IMG/VR virus record: IMGVR_UViG_3300025849_000003
DNA length: 35,730 nt
Source: a virus
Direction: 5' to 3' (one strand)
Of the stretch, positions 18,216-26,614 are shown piece by piece. The stretch's first letter is position 1. Every line of letters begins with the position of its first letter. Both the position numbers and the translations under genes were made by a program. The notes beneath the pieces are model-generated. The model made no database searches and was not told the origin of the DNA. It saw only the letters and a program-made list of their open reading frames with translations.

Positions 18216-19762
18216 TGAAAACACACACAAGTATTGAACGCGCTAAAAAGATAGCAGAAGTTTGGCCTAACAGCACATCCCTTGCTGATGCTATGAATCA
18301 GGCTGGCATTAAGACAAATACAGAGCGCTCAATGCGACAACATAAAAGTAATGCGCAACGTATATTAGGTATTAAATTAGAGCCACATAATCCAAAATAT
18401 AAAACGAATGACGTAGAGTGTCCGAGCAACTTAGATATAAAAGCTGCGAAGAAGTATAAGTCATTTTTAATAACATCTGCAACAAATAACAGCACATTAA
18501 ACCAAAAGTTTTTTGATACGCTAGAGTTGTTTAGTAAACATCATAAAAGCCAGCTGTTAATCATTCCCCTTAAATACAGACACAATACACTGATATCTAA
18601 AAAAGATTATCAATGGCCTGTCGCTATACATAACTATGCATTGCTTGATGATTTGATACTTAGCAAGTCATTCATGGTATCTGGATTACGCTTGGTAGCT
18701 ACCGCTGTAGACCCTTTATCTGGTATGCAGGCTCATAGCGGACAGAGGTCAGTTGTTTATGGCGCTACATCACTGCACTTGCGGTTAGCCGCAACACCGG
18801 GTGATGAACTACCAAAAATGCTACAAACCACAGGCAGCTGTACCAGTAAAACTTATACTAGGACAAAAGCTGGTGGTAAGGCTAAATTCAATCATGTATT
18901 TGCGGCAACATATGTTAAACTTGTTGGTGATAAGTTTTACCACACGCAGATAATTTGGGATGGTAAAGGTTTTTACTTTTTAGATCAGTATTGGACACCA
19001 GAAGGATTACAACCCGGTGAAAACGCAGCGGCTATTGTTAGAGGTGATGACCACGCGGCTATGCACGATAGAGTTATACTAAAAGCTAGAGCTAGTTTGT
19101 GCGATAGACTTAAACCAGATATACACGTATTTCATGACGTATTTGATGGCGTATCTATATCACATCACCATAAATTACTTGATAAGATAAAAGTCTTTAA
19201 TATGCGTATGAATAGTTTAGCGTGGGAGTTAAAGCATACTGCCGCACACATAGTGCAAACAGGCGGTAAAGAAAATTGGATAGTAGACAGCAATCATGAC
19301 AGGCATATTGAGCGTTATTTAAATGAAGGCAGACACCTTAAAGAGCCACACAATGCAGCGATAGGTTCTGAATTACTTGCGGAGATATCCTACAAAAATA
19401 AATCAGCATTAGAGTGTGCGTTTCAAAAATACATACCAGGATGTTACAAGTTTGTTAATGCAAATAAGCGTGCAAATATAAAAGGTATAGATGTAAGTCA
19501 GCATGGTGATAGAGGCGCTAATGGCTCAAGAGGTAGTATTAAAGGCTTTGCCAATGCTATGTATAAAACTGTTATAGGCCACAGTCATTCTCCCGGTATT
19601 AGCGGAGGTGCATGGCAAACAGGTGTATCTACCTTAAAGCAACCCTACAAAGTTGGTCTATCTACATGGGCCTGTGCTGATGTAATTATTAATGGCAACG
19701 GCAAGCGTTCAATGTTTTTCTACATTAATGGTAAAAGTTTAGCTGACGTTATTAATCAATAA
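18215..19762 (+). CDS. HTH-like N-terminus + calcineurin-like metallophosphoesterase
   Basis: All five MPE motifs are present in order: 'GDDH', 'HDVFDG', 'DSNHD', 'QHGDRG', 'GHSH'. Confidence 0.7.
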   Translation: MKTHTSIERAKKIAEVWPNSTSLADAMNQAGIKTNTERSMRQHKSNAQRILGIKLEPHNPKYKTNDVECPSNLDIKAAKKYKSFLITSATNNSTLNQKFFDTLELFSKHHKSQLLIIPLKYRHNTLISKKDYQWPVAIHNYALLDDLILSKSFMVSGLRLVATAVDPLSGMQAHSGQRSVVYGATSLHLRLAATPGDELPKMLQTTGSCTSKTYTRTKAGGKAKFNHVFAATYVKLVGDKFYHTQIIWDGKGFYFLDQYWTPEGLQPGENAAAIVRGDDHAAMHDRVILKARASLCDRLKPDIHVFHDVFDGVSISHHHKLLDKIKVFNMRMNSLAWELKHTAAHIVQTGGKENWIVDSNHDRHIERYLNEGRHLKEPHNAAIGSELLAEISYKNKSALECAFQKYIPGCYKFVNANKRANIKGIDVSQHGDRGANGSRGSIKGFANAMYKTVIGHSHSPGISGGAWQTGVSTLKQPYKVGLSTWACADVIINGNGKRSMFFYINGKSLADVINQ

Positions 19763-20144
19763 CTCGAACTACAAAACCATTACTAACGAGACTTGGTATC
19801 AGATTACTATCAAATTTAACACATTCGCCTTCTTCACATATACCTTTTTCAGTATGTAATTTTGCGTCTGCACCTTTTTTAGTAACAATGCATTTATAAT
19901 ATTTAATATCATAAGGCACTGATTGGGTTAATTCTACGTTTTTTTCTTGCATTGCACGCAAAATTTTAGATTTTTTGTTTATTTTATGGTAATCAGACTC
20001 TTTTATTTTAACACCACAAATACCGCAATGTATGTTTGGTGCAAATATATGTTCATCTTGTGTTTTATCACTACCCGTATCTAATACAATATTTAAAAAA
20101 TAAGTAGGCGTGTTTTTTTTATTATTACAATGGCAAATTTTCAT
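19752..20144 (-). CDS. Cys-rich hypothetical protein (130 aa)
   Basis: Cys pairs at 'CHC', 'HCGIC' and 'CEEGEC'. It is the last gene of the leftward operon. Confidence 0.5.
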   Translation of the reverse strand: MKICHCNNKKNTPTYFLNIVLDTGSDKTQDEHIFAPNIHCGICGVKIKESDYHKINKKSKILRAMQEKNVELTQSVPYDIKYYKCIVTKKGADAKLHTEKGICEEGECVKFDSNLIPSLVSNGFVVRVID

Positions 20145-20154
20145 ACTGTGTATC

Positions 20155-20577
20155 TTAATTTTTTAATTTTTTTAATAATGTCTGTAATTTTTTTTTATTG
20201 TGTTTACCCGTAAAACTATTATGCACTTGCGTTTTGTTTGTTTCTACAATGTATTTGTGTACTTCTTTTTCTATTATATCTTCACTCTCTAATATAGACA
20301 TTGGCATTTTTTGCGTTTTATTATTTATTGTAATTGTTGGATTGTAACTCTCAATACCCCTGTAATGTATGTAGTTAGTAACTTTTTTTGTGTTAATAAT
20401 ATGATGCGAATAATGTGTTTCTGTTGTGCCATCTATGTTTTTTATTATTATTGGCTGCTTGTAAAAATATGTAATAACATATAAAACTTTCCAACTAAGT
20501 AAATAATTTGCACTATCTACTATAGAGTTGTTTTGCTTAGATAATTCATATGTTATCGTATCTACAATATTTGACAT
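20155..20577 (-). CDS. Hypothetical protein (140 aa)
   Basis: In-operon ORF; no motif recognised. Confidence 0.5.
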   Translation of the reverse strand: MSNIVDTITYELSKQNNSIVDSANYLLSWKVLYVITYFYKQPIIIKNIDGTTETHYSHHIINTKKVTNYIHYRGIESYNPTITINNKTQKMPMSILESEDIIEKEVHKYIVETNKTQVHNSFTGKHNKKKLQTLLKKLKN

Positions 20578-20909
20578 TACTTATCAATTCTAGTTATGGC
20601 TTCGTACCTATCATCAATTACAGAATTGTTTAACATAGCATCTCGCAGTATAATAAGGCCAGCTATAGCTTTAGTTATATGTGATAATCCCGAATCCTGG
20701 TCACAATCCTCACCACCATAAAATGCCATTAGATGTCTTAGTGCTGCGCTGTAATAATCGCTGTAATGCAGTTTTTCCCATCTCCAATTATAAGTACCAT
20801 ATTTGTCAGCACCTTCGGTCATGGCATCTGCAACCTCATTAAGCACTTGGACAGGCATATGGTGATACTGCCTTTTCTGTAATCCTGCTTCTCTCTTTTT
20901 ATTTTTCAA
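20577..20909 (-). CDS. dATP/dGTP diphosphohydrolase-like (MazZ N-terminal / DUF5664-like) domain protein
   Basis: 'GADKYGTYNWRW...YYSAALRHLMAFYGGEDCDQDSGLSHITKAIAGL' matches the family pattern (KYG..NWR, RH, GED.D.ESGL.H). Confidence 0.6.
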   Translation of the reverse strand: MKNKKREAGLQKRQYHHMPVQVLNEVADAMTEGADKYGTYNWRWEKLHYSDYYSAALRHLMAFYGGEDCDQDSGLSHITKAIAGLIILRDAMLNNSVIDDRYEAITRIDK

Positions 20910-21330
20910 GGTCTCTCACTCCTATTCCAAACCTTACAGCAAAAGCTTCTATAAGAGACTGTAGATCATTGTGTTCGTCTTTAGTCATGCTTCTGGTAGA
21001 CATACCAACAGGTATCTGCTCACGCCCATGTTCGTCTGGCATAAATTTATTGCCGCGTAACATATGGCAAAAGTAATCCTTCCATTCTTCTGGGCTATAC
21101 TTCTCACCTGACTTTAATCCTGACTTTAATACTGTGTGATATCCCTCAAATTCATTCCATCGCATAGCTACTGATATAGTTGATAGCAATGCCCATAGCC
21201 TAGAGTTTTGCGGTATGGTTCTGACATTCCTGGTATAACGCACATATGTACCAATAGGTGAGTGGTCGATAAGGCGTTTACACTCCACCTTATCTGCTTC
21301 ACATTTTATCTGTACTGTATGCTGACCCAT
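20899..21330 (-). CDS. ninB: NinB/Orf-family recombination mediator
   Basis: 'RTIPQNSRLWALLSTIS', 'EEWKDYF' and 'GMSTRSMTKDEHNDLQSLIEAFAVRFGI' parallel lambda NinB. Confidence 0.8.
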   Translation of the reverse strand: MGQHTVQIKCEADKVECKRLIDHSPIGTYVRYTRNVRTIPQNSRLWALLSTISVAMRWNEFEGYHTVLKSGLKSGEKYSPEEWKDYFCHMLRGNKFMPDEHGREQIPVGMSTRSMTKDEHNDLQSLIEAFAVRFGIGVRDLEK

Positions 21331-21762
21331 CTAAAATGGTATCTCGTCGTTAAGGTCTACAGGCTTCGCCACAGGAGCATAACCACCTCTGTCTGCACCA
21401 ACACTACCAAAACTGTTCTCACGGCTATCCAGGAGCGTTATAACACCTGTAAACCCCTTTAAAACTATCTCAGTCATAGATTTTTCGTTGCCAGACATAT
21501 CTTGCCACTTTCTTGTCTGTATTTTGCCTTCAACATAAAGCTTACTACCTTTAGTTACATAGCGCTCTACAATACCTATCAAACCTTCTGAGAACACAGC
21601 TACTTTATGCCATTCAGTTTTAGATTGCATCTCACCTGTGCTGCGGTCTTTCCATTTGTCAGTCGTTGCTAGGCTAAAGTTTGCTACTTTATTGCCATTA
21701 GCAAATGTCTTTATTTCTGGGTCGTTACCAACGTTGCCAATTAGTGTTGCTTTGTTAATCAT
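21331..21762 (-). CDS. ssb: Single-stranded DNA-binding protein
   Basis: OB-fold signature 'MINKATLIGNVGNDPE...TEWHKVAVF' and an acidic tail ending 'DDEIPF'. Confidence 0.92.
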   Translation of the reverse strand: MINKATLIGNVGNDPEIKTFANGNKVANFSLATTDKWKDRSTGEMQSKTEWHKVAVFSEGLIGIVERYVTKGSKLYVEGKIQTRKWQDMSGNEKSMTEIVLKGFTGVITLLDSRENSFGSVGADRGGYAPVAKPVDLNDEIPF

Positions 21763-22397
21763 GTTTTTTCCTTTTTTAGTTGATTAAGTTTTTCTACAAG
21801 CGCGTTTACTTCTTCGTTTGCACTTTGTATTTCTGATAATATTTCTGCTTGCATTTGCTTGTCAGCTTCTACACGGCAAACAGCAAGCTGTAAACCCTCT
21901 GGAAACCTTGGATCATACCCGGCAATGTCTACCCACTGCCTACCTGTAACAAGTAATTGATGCTGTAACTGTATTTGGTATTCTTTAGCGTGTGCATCTT
22001 TTTCAAGGTAGCTTACCATTTTAGCCATACTTGCAGGGCATTTGATTTCTACTAAACCATCATCTCCCACTAAACCATCTGGACTACAAGTGATGTGATC
22101 ATGCTGTGGATGTATGACCATGCCAACCTCCGTTACGATTACATCTGTTTCAAAGGAGTAAAAATTTCGCGCTTCTGGTTCAAGCTCGTTCCCTCTCTGC
22201 ATGGCCGCATTACTATAAGTTTCCTCAATCTCGCCTGTCATGCGCTCTAAGGCAAGCTTAACAATCATATTCTTGCGCGATGTACTATATCCAGATTTTG
22301 TCTTAGCAAGTATGTCTTTAACGCGAGATGCAGTAAAATTACCACACCTCGCACTAAACCACTCTGGGCTACCTTGCTGTACGTCTACGATTTTCAC
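21759..22397 (-). CDS. YqaJ/lambda-Exo-like recombination exonuclease
   Basis: 'QGSPEWFSARCGNFTASRV' plus PD-(D/E)xK elements 'SPDGLV...LVEIKC'. Confidence 0.85.
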   Translation of the reverse strand: MKIVDVQQGSPEWFSARCGNFTASRVKDILAKTKSGYSTSRKNMIVKLALERMTGEIEETYSNAAMQRGNELEPEARNFYSFETDVIVTEVGMVIHPQHDHITCSPDGLVGDDGLVEIKCPASMAKMVSYLEKDAHAKEYQIQLQHQLLVTGRQWVDIAGYDPRFPEGLQLAVCRVEADKQMQAEILSEIQSANEEVNALVEKLNQLKKEKT

Positions 22398-22990
22398 GCT
22401 TCTGCTTTCTCAACAGCAATCAATGTAGCTTTTTGTTCTGCCCAGGCTTGTCGCAACTTAGCTTTTGCATTGGCAGGTAACTTAGCAGATTTAATTTCCT
22501 TAGCAACTGTAGCAAGGGAATCATTATCCATTGATTCTGATATCTTTATAAACATAGGCTCTAGGTCAACTGACTTAACGTCGTCTTGCTGTTTACCTAA
22601 TGAACTGCCGTTACCATCATCATCTTCTGCTGGCATATTGACTGCCGCCATTAATCCATATCTACGCAAATAGGAAATAGAGCTGCCAATGTCTTGGGGT
22701 GCGAATGATTTAGGCTTTGCCTCGCAGACTGTTTCTAACCATTCTCCGCTAGTATGTAGCAATCGTGTAGACATAACGACTGTATTGCTTTCAGTAATAC
22801 CGCCTTGGCATTGTATCACAGCTATTCCGTTTTCTAATAGCGGTAACCTAGCGGCATCTACAACACTTGATAGTGTTGCGTAGCTTGATTTGAAGTGTGG
22901 GTTTCTGCCGTCTTTAGCGGCTCCCTGGATAGAGCCTATAGCTTTTACAAGCGCAGGCGCAATTTTAGTTATTGTTTCTGAAGTTTTCAT
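22394..22990 (-). CDS. erf: ERF-family single-strand annealing protein
   Basis: 'GRNPHFKSSYATLSSVVDA' and 'SSISYLRRYGLMA' motifs, with an acidic linker. Confidence 0.8.
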   Translation of the reverse strand: MKTSETITKIAPALVKAIGSIQGAAKDGRNPHFKSSYATLSSVVDAARLPLLENGIAVIQCQGGITESNTVVMSTRLLHTSGEWLETVCEAKPKSFAPQDIGSSISYLRRYGLMAAVNMPAEDDDGNGSSLGKQQDDVKSVDLEPMFIKISESMDNDSLATVAKEIKSAKLPANAKAKLRQAWAEQKATLIAVEKAEA

Positions 22991-23031
22991 AATGTTTTCC
23001 TTTATTAATATGTATATACTACGGATTTATT

Positions 23032-23715
23032 TTACGTTGTCAATTTATTTTTTTCTATATATTTTTCATAAACGCTCTTACCCTCCTCTTTTGTTATTTT
23101 ATCATTCAAGTACCCTGCATATAATTCTTTAATACCTAAGCAAGCAACAATACTCGCTGCATAAGCATAATTGTTTTTCTTTTGTTGTGCATCGTTATAA
23201 TAGCCTCTAATAGCATCAGCCAACGTGTTAGGGTCGTGTTCATTACATAGCTGTACAAATCTAGCATATGCTCTTTTTTTACCGCCCTGCCTAGATTTAA
23301 CTAGCTTACTATTAATCTCACTCCAAACCTGTTCAAAAAGCTCTTTATGTTTACTTGTTTGTTCAACTTGTATGTTAGTATGCATCTCCTGCACTATCGG
23401 TGGTGCAACTCTTGCACGCAGGTCATGCACCTCCTGCACAGGGTAACAAGCAGTATATTCATTGCTATCGTGTCCACCATTATCACTTTTCTTCTTTGTA
23501 ATTACAACATAGCCAGCCTTCTCCGCTTTCTTTAAATGTGTAAATACACTTCTCAAACTCATACCACTGCTTTGTGCTATTTTCTTTGCACCCGGAAAGC
23601 ATTGCTCATTCTTAGCATTCATGTAAGTACGCAATGTCAGCAATACTAATCTAGTCATTGGCTCTAAATTGCTTTTTGTGATGGCATCTTCCCATCCCCA
23701 AATCCCTTTTTTCAT
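23032..23715 (-). CDS. Replication initiator (lambda O-like, winged-HTH N-terminal domain)
   Basis: HTH region 'LRTYMNAKNEQCFPGAKKIAQSSGMSLRSVFTHLKKAEKAGYV'. It lies directly upstream of dnaB and contains iterons in mid-gene. Confidence 0.6.
   Translation of the reverse strand: MKKGIWGWEDAITKSNLEPMTRLVLLTLRTYMNAKNEQCFPGAKKIAQSSGMSLRSVFTHLKKAEKAGYVVITKKKSDNGGHDSNEYTACYPVQEVHDLRARVAPPIVQEMHTNIQVEQTSKHKELFEQVWSEINSKLVKSRQGGKKRAYARFVQLCNEHDPNTLADAIRGYYNDAQQKKNNYAYAASIVACLGIKELYAGYLNDKITKEEGKSVYEKYIEKNKLTT
23380..23439 (-). repeat. Three 15-bp dyad-symmetric iterons (candidate ori)
   Basis: On the minus strand: GTGCAGGAGGTGCAT, GTGCAAGAGTTGCAC and GTGCAGGAGATGCAT at 22-23-bp spacing. They occupy 23425-23439, 23403-23417 and 23380-23394, next to an A/T-rich stretch at 23340-23379. 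Confidence 0.55.
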
Positions 23716-25112
23716 TTTCGACTCCTATAATCTTGGTTTGGATTATCTATAAACATTCTTGATAGCTCACAATATAAATTGACTTCACCTATGTTGCCAT
23801 GTCTGTTTTTTGTTACAATCATTTCAAGTTTGTTTTGCCCTTCGGTTAATCTTGCTGTTAAGTCATTGTCATTACCTCTGGCGTTTCTGGCTTCGCGTTC
23901 AGCATAGTAGAAATCTCTATAGATACCTATCACGCAACTTGCATCTTGCTCAATATGACCAGATTCTCTGAGATCACTAAGCTGTGGCCTCTTATCATCT
24001 CTTTGCTCTACTGCCCTGGATAGTTGGCATAATGCCAGTACGGGTACTTCGTACTGCTTTGCTATGGATATCAGCGCATTACTAACTTCAGTAACCTTTT
24101 CATAGTTTGATTGCCCTGGCCGCGTTCCAGCAACGTGACCGATATGGTCAATAATAAGTAACTTCAAATCACTACCGCTTGCACGTAACGAGCGTATGGC
24201 TCTGTTGGTCACTAGCTTGATGTTGTTGAGGTTTAATCCAACACCTTCTTCCCATTCAATAGGTAGTTTAGCAAATATGTCTGCAGCTCTCTGTATCTTA
24301 TCTCTTAATTTGTTTTCGCGCCATGCGTGTCGCAACTGACTGTAAATTGGAAAATTCTGTGGCCCATATGCAGTAGCGCCAATACTACTGATAATTCTTT
24401 CAGTTTGGCCGCTGTTAGTCATCTCAAGTGATAAAAACACTACACCTTTTCTCTGCATAGCTACATTTTTTGCAATGTTTAAGGCTACTGCTGACTTGCC
24501 CATTGATGGCCTTCCTGCCATAACATAAACTCTGCCCGGGACAAATCCACCGAGCATCTGGTCAAGATGAAAGTAACCAGAGTAACAGCTTGCTTGCTCT
24601 TTATCTGCGTTCAAGTCTGCTATGAAAGTATCTGATAACTGTTTTGATGTTTCACTTTTGGTAAGCTGCTTATTGCCATCAAGCATAACAGCATCGATAT
24701 CAGCAACGTAATCTTGCAATACAGTATCTATTGCTTGCTCATTGTCATTCAATTTGCCTTGCAAAGCTCTGGTAAGATAATCTGCCTCTCTACGTTTAGC
24801 GTAATCTATAACTATCTCGGAGTATGACTTAACTACATTTTCGTCACCAGCAAAAGTATGAACACACGTTGCCAAATATTCTGCTAGGTCAACATCAACT
24901 TCTAACATTGTCAATTGGTTCTTTACGTATATTGCATCGACGCTGTGTCCAGATGTTAGCCTGTCGCTGATGATAATATATATCTTACTGTTTATTGGGT
25001 TGTAGAAGTGTTGTTGCGCTAGGCTGTTGCTAACTACATCGTAGTAGTCGTTATCGCGTAATAGACCGCCTATAATGGCCTGTTCAGCCTCTGGTGAGTG
25101 ATAATCTTGCAT
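23712..25112 (-). CDS. dnaB: Replicative DNA helicase DnaB
   Basis: 'PEAEQAIIGGLL' N-terminal domain, Walker A 'GRPSMGKSA', Walker B 'LLIIDHIG', and 'LSQLSRAVEQR'. Confidence 0.92.
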   Translation of the reverse strand: MQDYHSPEAEQAIIGGLLRDNDYYDVVSNSLAQQHFYNPINSKIYIIISDRLTSGHSVDAIYVKNQLTMLEVDVDLAEYLATCVHTFAGDENVVKSYSEIVIDYAKRREADYLTRALQGKLNDNEQAIDTVLQDYVADIDAVMLDGNKQLTKSETSKQLSDTFIADLNADKEQASCYSGYFHLDQMLGGFVPGRVYVMAGRPSMGKSAVALNIAKNVAMQRKGVVFLSLEMTNSGQTERIISSIGATAYGPQNFPIYSQLRHAWRENKLRDKIQRAADIFAKLPIEWEEGVGLNLNNIKLVTNRAIRSLRASGSDLKLLIIDHIGHVAGTRPGQSNYEKVTEVSNALISIAKQYEVPVLALCQLSRAVEQRDDKRPQLSDLRESGHIEQDASCVIGIYRDFYYAEREARNARGNDNDLTARLTEGQNKLEMIVTKNRHGNIGEVNLYCELSRMFIDNPNQDYRSRK

Positions 25113-25136
25113 TTTTTAATCCTTTTTGCTTGCAAT

Positions 25137-25165
25137 ATGTTATATTGTATTTATTATTATGTAAA
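25137..25165 (-). promoter_or_regulatory. Possible internal sigma70-like promoter for dnaB
   Basis: Minus strand TTTACA-N17-TAACAT, about 25 nt upstream of the dnaB SD/ATG. Confidence 0.25.
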
Positions 25166-25196
25166 GCCATTGGTTTCCCCAATAGTGATGGCATCT

Positions 25197-25229
25197 GGGC
25201 GGTAGTTTTCTAATCCTTTTCTATCGCCC
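25197..25229. promoter_or_regulatory. Stem-loop in the DUF1064-dnaB intergenic gap
   Basis: GGGCGGTAG / CTATCGCCC forms a 9-bp stem with one mismatch and a 15-nt loop. A T-run follows on the plus strand only. Confidence 0.4.
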
Positions 25230-25236
25230 TATTTTT

Positions 25237-25569
25237 TTAGTACACCTCCAGGATAGTAATCCCATGCACAGCTTTCATAAGCTTCTTAACTAGCCTGTAG
25301 CGTGCTTGCTTGGCAGTGATAGGTGATTTAACATCTTCCACTATTAATGTGCCTTCTTTGTTCTTGTATTGACTGTCAGCAGTGTATCTACATATCTTTT
25401 GGTCATTTACTAATATCTGGTAGACTGGGTGTATCTCAAGGTCTGATATCTCACCATCTTTTAAGCGCTGCTTGTTGTGCAGGTATCTTGCGTGCTCACG
25501 CTTGCTGTCAAATGTCATACCATCATCTTTGACCTTGATGGCGTTGTATTTGTTACGTTTATACATCAA
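25237..25569 (-). CDS. DUF1064-type PD-(D/E)xK nuclease-like protein
   Basis: 'KYNAIKVKDDGMTFDSKREHARY...YTADSQY...LIVEDVKS' matches the DUF1064 pattern. Confidence 0.65.
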   Translation of the reverse strand: MMYKRNKYNAIKVKDDGMTFDSKREHARYLHNKQRLKDGEISDLEIHPVYQILVNDQKICRYTADSQYKNKEGTLIVEDVKSPITAKQARYRLVKKLMKAVHGITILEVY

Positions 25570-25952
25570 TCAATTTCCTTAATATTAGGTTTGTAGCTGT
25601 CGCCAAATCCACGCGATTGAATTTTTGTACGGCCAACAATTTTTTGTTTAGGCTTCTGACTTTTCTTAGTAGACTTTGTTAAGCTTCTGACTTTCCTGCG
25701 GTTAGCCGCATCTCTCCTGTCTTTAGCGAGTCCGCAAGGCTTAACGCACCAAAGCGCTATGTTGCCTTCTTCATGCTTGCCGCCAAATGCTCTTTGCATA
25801 ATATGCTCAATGCGTATTTTACGTTGTTCAAATTCCAAATCTCTCCCACAGCCACAGCCACACTTGCCACACTGCTCCATAGCTATCTTGGCGTACAAAT
25901 AATTAGGTATTGTGCGGTACTTGACGTAATCCGGGTGCTCGCTAAACTTCAT
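25566..25952 (-). CDS. HNH endonuclease-like protein
   Basis: 'CGKCGCGCG...IEHIMQRAFGGKHEEGNIALWCVKPCGLAK'. I prefer the ATG at 25952 because AGGAGG lies 7 nt upstream. Confidence 0.55.
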   Translation of the reverse strand: MKFSEHPDYVKYRTIPNYLYAKIAMEQCGKCGCGCGRDLEFEQRKIRIEHIMQRAFGGKHEEGNIALWCVKPCGLAKDRRDAANRRKVRSLTKSTKKSQKPKQKIVGRTKIQSRGFGDSYKPNIKEID

Positions 25953-26124
25953 CGAACAACCTCCTGAGCGCCTCTGTAGTTTCTTCATTCACAAGTTTCT
26001 GCCAGTAATGTTGTGATCTAGTATCTTTTCTCCGCTTTGCTCGGTGCAGCATCATGCGATTGAAGTAGGGATGTTCAGTGTAAAAGGTTTCAGTGACTTC
26101 GCCTTCATGTTTTTGTATTTTCAT
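25942..26124 (-). CDS. Hypothetical protein (60 aa)
   Basis: AAAGGAG SD embedded in the end of the upstream gene. Confidence 0.45.
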   Translation of the reverse strand: MKIQKHEGEVTETFYTEHPYFNRMMLHRAKRRKDTRSQHYWQKLVNEETTEALRRLFDEV

Positions 26125-26125
26125 T

Positions 26126-26614
26126 TTAATCTCCTTTATTTAATCTTGCAGACAACACTGTCCAAGCTTTAGCTGCTGTTGCAGGAACAACACCATTTCC
26201 AAGCATACGAATGCGGTCAACTCTGTTTTTCTTTACATCAGTTGTACGAGGCGTGTTACCCTCCCAATCCCCTGACCAATTATTTTGCCATTCATTGCTA
26301 TCGCCATCCAGTGCAGTCCAACCAGGCGGTAAACCCATTAGTTTTTCGACCCAATCTGGATTCAGTGCTTTGCTGTCGGTTGTAGCTCGTACTGCGTCAG
26401 CTAAATTATTAGTCATTGGATTACGATTTTTTGCTTTACAAGTTTCAACGTTTTGCCCACCTTTATAATCTCTGGTGGCTGGTGTAGGCCAATTAACTTT
26501 GACTGCATCTGCTAACTTAGCGCCATACCAAGCGCTGTCTGGGTCTTTGCTGTGTTTTGATTTGTATTGACCATTAACTATTTCAGTTGGATAGCCACCG
26601 CCTGTCGCGTCAAA
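26126..26614 (-). CDS. C5 cytosine DNA methyltransferase, C-terminal half (target-recognition region and motif X)
   Basis: 'WPTPATRDYKGG', 'LNPDWVEKLMGLPPGWT' and 'MLGNGVVP' (motif X). This frame stays open upstream to an ATG at 27139 (337-aa ORF). Confidence 0.7.
   Translation of the reverse strand, partial: FDATGGGYPTEIVNGQYKSKHSKDPDSAWYGAKLADAVKVNWPTPATRDYKGGQNVETCKAKNRNPMTNNLADAVRATTDSKALNPDWVEKLMGLPPGWTALDGDSNEWQNNWSGDWEGNTPRTTDVKKNRVDRIRMLGNGVVPATAAKAWTVLSARLNKGD

Noticed and set aside
20577-20909. Possible Z-genome (2-aminoadenine) biosynthesis, because of the MazZ-like domain.
   Set aside because: No PurZ-like adenylosuccinate synthetase or DatZ-like dATPase is recognisable among the ORFs of this closed genome.
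25198-25205. Exact match to the first 8 nt of the enterobacterial RfaH ops element (GGCGGTAG), tempting given the NusG-like gene.
   Set aside because: It is on the plus strand, whereas the surrounding transcription is on the minus strand. The last positions do not match (TT instead of TG). A single 8-mer hit is near chance expectation, by my rough estimate a few tenths per genome. It also forms one arm of a hairpin.
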